Both the position numbers and the translations under genes were made by a program. The notes beneath the pieces were generated by a model, which worked only from the letters and a program-made list of their open reading frames with translations, was not told the origin of the DNA and did not search any database. DNA of 64,000 nucleotides from an uncultured virus (IMG/VR IMGVR_UViG_3300013936_000020) (Duplodnaviria; Heunggongvirae; Uroviricota; Caudoviricetes). Below are positions 57,346 to 64,000 of this stretch, piece by piece. Location: the IMG/VR virus record IMGVR_UViG_3300013936_000020. One strand, written 5' to 3'. Position 1 is the stretch's first letter. Each line of letters opens with the position of its first letter.

Positions 57346-57348
57346 GAT

Positions 57349-57618
57349 ATGGCAGAGGACATTATTAACGTGACGGAACTTCCCAAGGTCGATGCGTTGC
57401 AAGACGGAGACACCCTGCTACTCATCCGTTCGAACGGAGCTGCTAAGGAATGCTATCGCATCCTTGGCTCTGACTTCCACGGAAAGACAGCCTATCAGGT
57501 TGCGCAGGAGCTTGGCTTCACGGGAAACTATGCGGATTGGGAGGCTCAAGTGAGGAAGATTGCAAATTTCGGGATTGACTTCAACCCTACAACTGGTTGC
57601 ATCGAGTTAAACATATAG
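57349..57618 (+). CDS. Small tail-associated protein
   Basis: GKTAYQVAQELGFTG motif common in fibre proteins. Confidence 0.55.
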   Translation: MAEDIINVTELPKVDALQDGDTLLLIRSNGAAKECYRILGSDFHGKTAYQVAQELGFTGNYADWEAQVRKIANFGIDFNPTTGCIELNI

Positions 57619-57648
57619 TGTATAATATCTATTTAATTGATTTGAAAT

Positions 57649-60510
57649 ATGGCAAAGAAAGAAATCAAGGTGGTGCTCACAAAGGCTGGCACTGCCTACG
57701 ATAGCAAGAAGGCTTACAAGCTGCATGACTACATCTTGATAGATGATGTTACGATGTATATCTGCAAGCGTGTGGATGCCTCGACAATGACATGTGTCGG
57801 GCACGACTTGGACGATACGGAATACTGGGACAAGTGCATCGACATGAAGGATGCGCTCACTAAGGTCAATGAGGCAACGGAAAAGGCATACGGAACTTAC
57901 TCCAATCCTCCTTACGTGGATTCGGATGGTTATTACTACCGTTGGAACGTCGATACCAATACTTACGACAAGACGGACGTGAACCTTACAGGAAAGCCGT
58001 TCTCCATCAAGAGGGTGTTCCCTTCCATTGCGGCGATGAACGCCGTGGACGCAAGTACGTTCGAGGAGAACGATTTCATCCTCATCAACACTTCCAACGT
58101 GGAGGACGAGGACAACGCAAAGCTGTACGTCGTAGCCAAGAACGCACAAGGCAAGAAGTTCTACTCATATCTTGTCGATACGAGCGGTTTCAGAGGATTC
58201 ACAGGAAAGACTCCTCAGTTCTCCATAGGAACGGTGACGACAATCGGTAGCGGAGAGAAGGCGAGCGCAGCCATCTCTGCGGACGGAACGGACTCCAACG
58301 GAAACCCTAAGTACAAGTTGAACCTTTCCATTCCGAAGGGTGACAAGCTGGTGTTCGCAGACTTGACAGCCGAGGAGATAACGTTGTTGCAGAAGCCTGC
58401 CACGGACGCTGCCACGAAGGCTGACGCTGCCACGGTAAAGGCTATCGCCGCAACGACCAACGCCGAGAAGGTGAACGCAACCATCACGGACAATACGCTT
58501 GTAGTCACTGACAGGAATGGTACTCAGAAGTCCATTTCCCTCGCCGAGCAAGCTGCTACGAAGACAACCCTTGACCAACATGGGAAAAGGCTCGATGTGC
58601 TTGAACAAGCCGTCGGAGACCTTGGAGGTTCTACAGAGAACTACTATTACGCATCACAGGACACCAGCAAGGCTTCTCCTGACCTCGTGAACCCACAGAC
58701 CAATGCAAGCGTTCAGATGCTACAGGACATGTACCGTCCGTTCCTTATCGACCACTCTGACAACGACCGAGAGGAGATGATTGGCTATGAGTTGAAGCGT
58801 AACAACTGGCTTCGTTACAAGGACAACTCCTTTGCCCCTGCCGTGGGCATCACAGAAGAACAGCGTGCGGCTTGCGATGTGGAGCTTTACCTTGATGCCG
58901 AGCACACACAGAAGTATTGCGACGCAGGTTCTTATGATGCGGAGAAGTTCTATGATGAGTATGGTCTTACCCAGAAGCTCTATGATGCCGACGGCAACGA
59001 GATAGCGCATATTTTGCGTCCATGGGAGACTACTTCCAAGAATTATTCCATCAAAGTTGGAGACCCAAGCGGAAACTACCTCATAGACGGATATTCAACC
59101 AACGACGGAGAGGGCGACGTCATGTATAAGGGCATCTTGAAGGCTTTCCGAGAGGTGGCTGGCATCAAGGCGAGATACCTTGCGCCTACCTTGCTTTCCC
59201 CTTGCCAAGACACAAGCATCAAGGACACGGACGGCAGGATTAAGTTCCGCTCGTTCTTCTTCCTCTATAACGCAGGGAATGATGGTAACACCATAGGCTG
59301 CTCGGGAGGCAACGGTGGCAACATGTTTAAGAAGGCTAACCGCTGCTATCCTCGTGTCAACGATGTGAATCAGATTTCGAGCATGACTTACGCCCGAAAT
59401 AACAACGTGGACGCCAGCAAGACCTATCCTTTTGCAGAGGCAGGTTTCCATGCCTACAATACATTTCTCATAGCACATGAACTTCTCTATGGTACGAACT
59501 ATATCAATGACCCAGACAACCTCTTCTCCAGTGGAGTTTCATCCAACAACGGTGTCGGAAACGAGGCGCAGTGGCAGAAGTACGGTGGTGTCCGCATCAA
59601 GATGGGCGATGATGGTGATTGTAAATATCTTAACTGGAACTCGACTCCAAACTGGATATACAAGGACGCCAACAAGACATTGATTGGCGCAAACATGACG
59701 AGTTGGCTCAACAATGAATATCCGAAGTGGCAGGAGATGGAGGCGCAGATAGCCCTTTCCTTCGCTTCGGAGTTAGGTATCGCCGAGAATACCGAGTTCG
59801 AGGTATATGGGCATAATTATTGGTACGTGACACCTCCGAAGGCGAAGGGAATCAATGATGGTTACATGAACGCTCGTGTATATCGCAAGTCAGAGGATGA
59901 CTGGCAGGGATATGATGCCAACGGCAACGTCGTTACTTATCATATCGAGGCTATCCTTAGACAAGGCGTCATGGACGGACTGACGACCGCTGGCGACATC
60001 TTCCACTACAGAGGTGGTGGATATGAGCAAGTGGCAACGAACCATTGCGAGAAAGCATCGGTACAGAGTTGCGTCAACGACATGGACTTTTATGTTCAGA
60101 CTGACCAAAAGAAATGGCATACGGAAAAGTCTACAGCGAAGAACTCGCTTGGTGTATTTGACTTCGAGAAAACTTACGAGCGAGTTGGTCATGTCGATAA
60201 GATAATGTCGGGATGGGCGAAAAAGCGAGTAGCCAATGCTAATAACGTAATGCTATCTGGTGCCGGAGTCAACACATACGCTTGCTGCTACGGTGTAAAC
60301 GACAACTGGTATTCCTCTACACTTGACCAGCGTGTGAGGACAGCCGTGGCTGTCGGTGGCTATGCGATTTGGCACGCTTGTGCGTCTCGCTGTTTGACTG
60401 CGGATCGTGATTGCTCGTATGCGTATCGGTATTATGGCGGCTCGGCTCAATGTCTTTTCGAGGCTGCAAGCCAGGGCGCAGCCCGTCCTAAGCCGCTGCA
60501 AGCGGAATAA
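57649..60510 (+). CDS. Tail fibre / receptor-binding protein, DGR target
   Basis: 953 aa with the variable repeat at its C-terminus (GGYAIW...CASR...YYGGSAQ, C-type-lectin-like VR). Confidence 0.85.
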   Translation: MAKKEIKVVLTKAGTAYDSKKAYKLHDYILIDDVTMYICKRVDASTMTCVGHDLDDTEYWDKCIDMKDALTKVNEATEKAYGTYSNPPYVDSDGYYYRWNVDTNTYDKTDVNLTGKPFSIKRVFPSIAAMNAVDASTFEENDFILINTSNVEDEDNAKLYVVAKNAQGKKFYSYLVDTSGFRGFTGKTPQFSIGTVTTIGSGEKASAAISADGTDSNGNPKYKLNLSIPKGDKLVFADLTAEEITLLQKPATDAATKADAATVKAIAATTNAEKVNATITDNTLVVTDRNGTQKSISLAEQAATKTTLDQHGKRLDVLEQAVGDLGGSTENYYYASQDTSKASPDLVNPQTNASVQMLQDMYRPFLIDHSDNDREEMIGYELKRNNWLRYKDNSFAPAVGITEEQRAACDVELYLDAEHTQKYCDAGSYDAEKFYDEYGLTQKLYDADGNEIAHILRPWETTSKNYSIKVGDPSGNYLIDGYSTNDGEGDVMYKGILKAFREVAGIKARYLAPTLLSPCQDTSIKDTDGRIKFRSFFFLYNAGNDGNTIGCSGGNGGNMFKKANRCYPRVNDVNQISSMTYARNNNVDASKTYPFAEAGFHAYNTFLIAHELLYGTNYINDPDNLFSSGVSSNNGVGNEAQWQKYGGVRIKMGDDGDCKYLNWNSTPNWIYKDANKTLIGANMTSWLNNEYPKWQEMEAQIALSFASELGIAENTEFEVYGHNYWYVTPPKAKGINDGYMNARVYRKSEDDWQGYDANGNVVTYHIEAILRQGVMDGLTTAGDIFHYRGGGYEQVATNHCEKASVQSCVNDMDFYVQTDQKKWHTEKSTAKNSLGVFDFEKTYERVGHVDKIMSGWAKKRVANANNVMLSGAGVNTYACCYGVNDNWYSSTLDQRVRTAVAVGGYAIWHACASRCLTADRDCSYAYRYYGGSAQCLFEAASQGAARPKPLQAE
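60342..60447 (+). repeat. DGR variable repeat (VR)
   Basis: 106-nt ungapped match to TR; 16 of 19 mismatches are at TR adenines. Confidence 0.95.
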
Positions 60511-60526
60511 AGGCGGTGCAACCGCC
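60493..60526 (+). promoter_or_regulatory. Two GCA-triloop hairpins downstream of VR (candidate DGR homing element)
   Basis: CCGCT-GCA-AGCGG (60493-60505) and GGCGGT-GCA-ACCGCC (60512-60526). Confidence 0.65.
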
Positions 60527-60707
60527 GACATGATGTGGACGGAAGCAAGAGACTCAATCAAGAACAGCATTTCTTCCCGACTGCCGCAAGGCATGTCGGG
60601 CGGTGCTTGAAAAATATTAAGAATCCTCACGTCCCACGACAAGTTGCACATCGGGATGCAATCCTCTGAAACGTGGAAGCGGGGTTGGAAGAATTGTGGC
60701 AATCCTG

Positions 60708-60813
60708 AGCCGTGCGTATCGGTGGCAATGCGAATTGGAACAATTGTGCGTCTCGCTATATGAATGCGAATAATGCTTGCTCGAATGCGAATCGGAATAA
60801 TGGCGGCTCGGCT
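60708..60813 (+). ncRNA. DGR template repeat (TR)
   Basis: AAT/AAC-rich copy of VR in the intergenic region upstream of the RT. Confidence 0.95.
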
Positions 60814-60970
60814 AAAGAATTGAGCAATCAAGAAAACGAAATATAGGGATTGTCTCCATGCCTTGGAATGGCGAATCAGAATACAAGACGAAAGGTGGGT
60901 GGCGACACCTACGTGGGGCTGTAGGGGCATAGTACCTTACAGCCAAGGCTCAAAGACTTGAATACTCTCA

Positions 60971-62353
60971 ATGGATAAAAAGATATGTAACGTGACATGG
61001 GAGGAGGTGGAGAATGCGGCACACGATGCTTGTAAGAACCACATGCGAAAGTCAGCCGTGCAGGACTTGTGTCTGCACTGGGACGAAAGCATCTCCATCA
61101 TCCTCTCCATGATACACGATGGAACTTACGTTGAGTTGATACGTTACCGTCAGCTTGTGAAGGTCAACAAGAACGGCAAGCGGCGTGACATCGACTCTCC
61201 TACTCTCGTCACTCGCATACTACAGTATGTGTTTATCAATCGCATATCTCCATTGTATGGGGAGAGGGACAACATGGCTGGGTTGAACTGCAAGGATGGA
61301 TGCGGTCTGAATGCCTCGGACAAGAGAAAGTCGGTGAGACATCGGGTGAAGCATCTGTTCTACGACCGCAGGGACATTCACTATGTCGCTTGCATCGACC
61401 AGCGGAAGTGTTATCAGCATGTCAAGACCAAGGTGTTCAGAAAATCGTTGAAGGCTCTGACGAGCGACAAGTGGCTGATTGACTTCGGTGTGAGTGTTAC
61501 CATGGTGGACGGAAGCCTACCCATTGGTACGCCTGTTAGCCCACTCGCCCATCACATCCTCATGCTTGGCTTCGACATGGCTAACGACTATCCTTTCTAT
61601 GTGCGCTATGCCGACAACATTATGGTAGGCTGCTACGACAAGGAAGGTATCAACGAGGCTTATTGGAGGGTCAAGATGCGTTGGTGGTACGAACTTGGGA
61701 TAAGGGCGAACCGATGGGACAGCCATATATACGACATCGACAAGGAGGCTGTTGACTTCTGCGGAACGGTATTTCATCGGAACGCAAACAGGGGATTCTT
61801 CGACCACGACAAGGGATATGCGACAGTAAGGCGAAGCACGGCGGACTCGGCTCGCAAATCGACCGCTCGCAACTGGGGATGTTACTTCGGGCAGCTCGTC
61901 GGTGCTGACACCTATCATTTGATACAATCAATAGAACATAAGAATATGAAATTATCTGAACTGACACAGAAGATAAGGATAAATCGCAAGATGGACGCAC
62001 CCAACGTGCAGCCGAAGGAACTTCTCGGTCGTGTATTCGATGTCGTGGACTACGAGATGCGGAAGAACGGCAAGGGCGAGGTGAACTGGGTGAAGCTGCT
62101 CATCTGTTACGAGGAGGTGGATGCCGACGGCGTGCTGACAGGCAAGAAGGCGATGTGCGAGGTGCATGGCGACTACCACGGCATCTACACCTATCTGCTT
62201 GCTGCGGAGAAGGCTTTCGGTGGGAAAGGAGCGATATTGCCAATAGAGGATGCGGAGATTGTCAACTCCTGCGGATACATCTTCAAGGACTCCACCAACA
62301 TGATGAGATACTTCGAGGATTTTATTAACAAGAATAGAAATAATAGATTATGA
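60971..62353 (+). CDS. DGR reverse transcriptase (YADN motif, C-terminal extension)
   Basis: KNGKRRDIDSP, CIDQRKCY, LPIGTPVSP, YVRYADN and VDFCG; adjacent to TR. Confidence 0.9.
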   Translation: MDKKICNVTWEEVENAAHDACKNHMRKSAVQDLCLHWDESISIILSMIHDGTYVELIRYRQLVKVNKNGKRRDIDSPTLVTRILQYVFINRISPLYGERDNMAGLNCKDGCGLNASDKRKSVRHRVKHLFYDRRDIHYVACIDQRKCYQHVKTKVFRKSLKALTSDKWLIDFGVSVTMVDGSLPIGTPVSPLAHHILMLGFDMANDYPFYVRYADNIMVGCYDKEGINEAYWRVKMRWWYELGIRANRWDSHIYDIDKEAVDFCGTVFHRNANRGFFDHDKGYATVRRSTADSARKSTARNWGCYFGQLVGADTYHLIQSIEHKNMKLSELTQKIRINRKMDAPNVQPKELLGRVFDVVDYEMRKNGKGEVNWVKLLICYEEVDADGVLTGKKAMCEVHGDYHGIYTYLLAAEKAFGGKGAILPIEDAEIVNSCGYIFKDSTNMMRYFEDFINKNRNNRL

Positions 62354-63117
62354 TTGCAAAGAATTATATCGAGCTGCCTACTGAAGGCTTAGTAAGGGGC
62401 AGTATCTTGGACGAGGGGAATGCCGTGACCGTGTATCTGGACGTACACAACGAGGAGATTCCTGTGTTTAGTGGAGACGAGACGGAATCGGAGGATGTAT
62501 CGTACAAAGAGGTCAAGGTAGGCTATCCTGTGAGGGTGGAGAAGCCTCTGACGGAGGCGAGACTGGTCAACGCTGCCTTGCAACTCGCTTACGGCTTGCG
62601 TGACAACGATGATGTCTCTCGCTTTAACGCCGACATGTCGGTAAAGATTACCTCTGATGCAAACGATGATGACGTGACAGAGTATCTTGGTTTCTTGCAG
62701 TGGGTGAAGCTGGAGTATGCGAAGGCGACAGGAAGCGTGAGCGATCTTGATGCAGCCAAGCAACATGTGCTGTCGGAGATAGAGGCTTACGACACGTCAT
62801 CTGCCGTAAACGGATTCAAGCTCAATGGTCAGACTGTATGGCTTGACAAGGCTACTCGTGTGGGACTGATGAACTCTACAAACATCGCCAAGTCAATGGG
62901 AAAGGAAAGTACGGATTTGTGGCTTGGGAACGTTAAGATTGAGGTGGGATGCGACAAGGCTATTCAACTGTTGTCTGCCTTGGAGATGTACGCACTTGAG
63001 TGCTTCAACGTGACTGCTGCACACAAGAAGGAAATAGAGGAGTTGGCTACCATCGACGAGGTGGATGCATACGACATCACAATGGGCTATCCTGCACAGT
63101 TGGAAATGAAGATTTGA
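62350..63117 (+). CDS. DUF4376-like tail fibre assembly / accessory protein
   Basis: C-terminal WLDKATRVGL...LEMYALECFNVTAAHK...GYP segment. Confidence 0.65.
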   Translation: MIAKNYIELPTEGLVRGSILDEGNAVTVYLDVHNEEIPVFSGDETESEDVSYKEVKVGYPVRVEKPLTEARLVNAALQLAYGLRDNDDVSRFNADMSVKITSDANDDDVTEYLGFLQWVKLEYAKATGSVSDLDAAKQHVLSEIEAYDTSSAVNGFKLNGQTVWLDKATRVGLMNSTNIAKSMGKESTDLWLGNVKIEVGCDKAIQLLSALEMYALECFNVTAAHKKEIEELATIDEVDAYDITMGYPAQLEMKI

Positions 63118-63174
63118 GTTATATTAAGGGAAGTTAGGGGAAATTCCCTCTGATTTCCCCTAATAAAAAAAGAA

Positions 63175-63741
63175 ATGATTATGTGGTTATTGAGTTTGAT
63201 TTCATTTCTCCTGCTTGGGGGATATTTGTTTTTGTTGGCTATGCGCTTCGGCATTCCAGACATGGTGAGTGATACTTACTATCAGTTGCAAGGTTGTGTT
63301 GGTAGCGAAGTGATAGGCGACAAGCGTAAGCGAAAATATGGTGCTGTTTTCACTGCCATCATGATTCTCGTTGGAGGCTTGATGATGGTGTGTTTGCTTG
63401 ATAGCGAGCAAGGTGTTCAGTGTCTCGCCTTTACAGGTTGTGCAGGCTTGTGTTTTGTTGGCATCGCTCCTAATTATATAGACAGGGATGTATATCCGAT
63501 TCACAAGGGCGGTGCTATCGTGGCGGCTGTCGGTTGCGTGGGTTGGTGCCTGAGCATCTGTCTGTGGATTACATTGGCTGTCGGAGTTGTCTATCTGTTA
63601 TATCTGCTATATGCGGATATTACGAGGAAAGCAAACGATATGTGGCATATCAGTAACGCCACTCCTAAGTTCCATCCTTGGTATTGGGCGGAGGTGACAG
63701 GCTTCCTTGATGTATTTCTTACTTATTGGATATGCGTATGA
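63175..63741 (+). CDS. Multi-pass membrane protein
   Basis: Five to six hydrophobic segments. Confidence 0.7.
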   Translation: MIMWLLSLISFLLLGGYLFLLAMRFGIPDMVSDTYYQLQGCVGSEVIGDKRKRKYGAVFTAIMILVGGLMMVCLLDSEQGVQCLAFTGCAGLCFVGIAPNYIDRDVYPIHKGGAIVAAVGCVGWCLSICLWITLAVGVVYLLYLLYADITRKANDMWHISNATPKFHPWYWAEVTGFLDVFLTYWICV

Positions 63742-64000
63742 GAGGGTTTTGTAAAAGATTGTTTACGTTTGACATGCGAGATGTCATCGGTGTTTTTTGT
63801 TGGTTCTTCTTGAGCGTTGTAATAGGTTTTCCTGCTTTTCCTATTATGGTTGTCAGGGAGGTGTATCAGTGGAAACGATACAAGTTGAAGAAGTTCGAGT
63901 GGGAGGATGTCATAAGGTATGGTATCATTATCGTCCTTGGCAGCATTGGAAGTCTTTACTTAGAGAATATACTCTTTGGCATAAGGCATGTGTTTCATTT
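63738..64000 (+). CDS. Membrane protein (partial, runs off the window)
   Basis: Manual translation MRGFCKRLFTFDMRDVIGVFCW..., open to the window end; ATG overlaps the previous stop. Confidence 0.5.
   Translation, partial: MRGFCKRLFTFDMRDVIGVFCWFFLSVVIGFPAFPIMVVREVYQWKRYKLKKFEWEDVIRYGIIIVLGSIGSLYLENILFGIRHVFH

Noticed and set aside
1..64000. tRNA/rRNA genes, stop-codon reassignment and prophage att junctions
   Set aside because: No cloverleaf or rRNA was recognised by eye, long genes read through cleanly in the standard code, and no host genes are visible. A tRNAscan run would be needed to exclude tRNAs firmly.

Overview
This window is most of the genome of a long-tailed dsDNA phage or prophage of a Bacteroidales host, probably Prevotella-like. 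The host call rests on TAnnTTTG promoters and AT-rich leaders lacking a Shine-Dalgarno. The left arm (1-23.6 kb, minus strand) holds about 40 mostly small early/accessory genes, including an RNase H protein, a tyrosine recombinase and a non-DGR reverse transcriptase. An AT-rich divergent control region (23.6-24.6 kb) follows. Then come a primase/helicase and DNA-modification genes, an inverted terminase-portal block (29.4-35.1 kb), and a head-tail operon with a 2710-aa tape measure protein. A diversity-generating retroelement (VR 60342-60447, TR 60708-60813, RT 60971-62353) targets the tail receptor-binding protein. The standout observation is the second RT (12765-14030). It is followed 21 nt after its stop by an array of six sequence-divergent but structurally identical non-coding units, with a seventh orphan unit at 9735-9868. 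On the sense strand each unit has a closing stem, TTTA, a long variable hairpin and an invariant ATCRR-N5-TA-N7-GYR motif. This looks like a retron-like system with several ncRNA templates. Also notable: about 25 AGCCWAA-hairpin-AACC intergenic modules that delimit the early genes, a ~700-nt structured non-coding region, a poly-C-frameshifted methyltransferase, and a DGR RT with a YADN motif and a C-terminal extension. All product calls come from motifs read by eye; no database searches were run.
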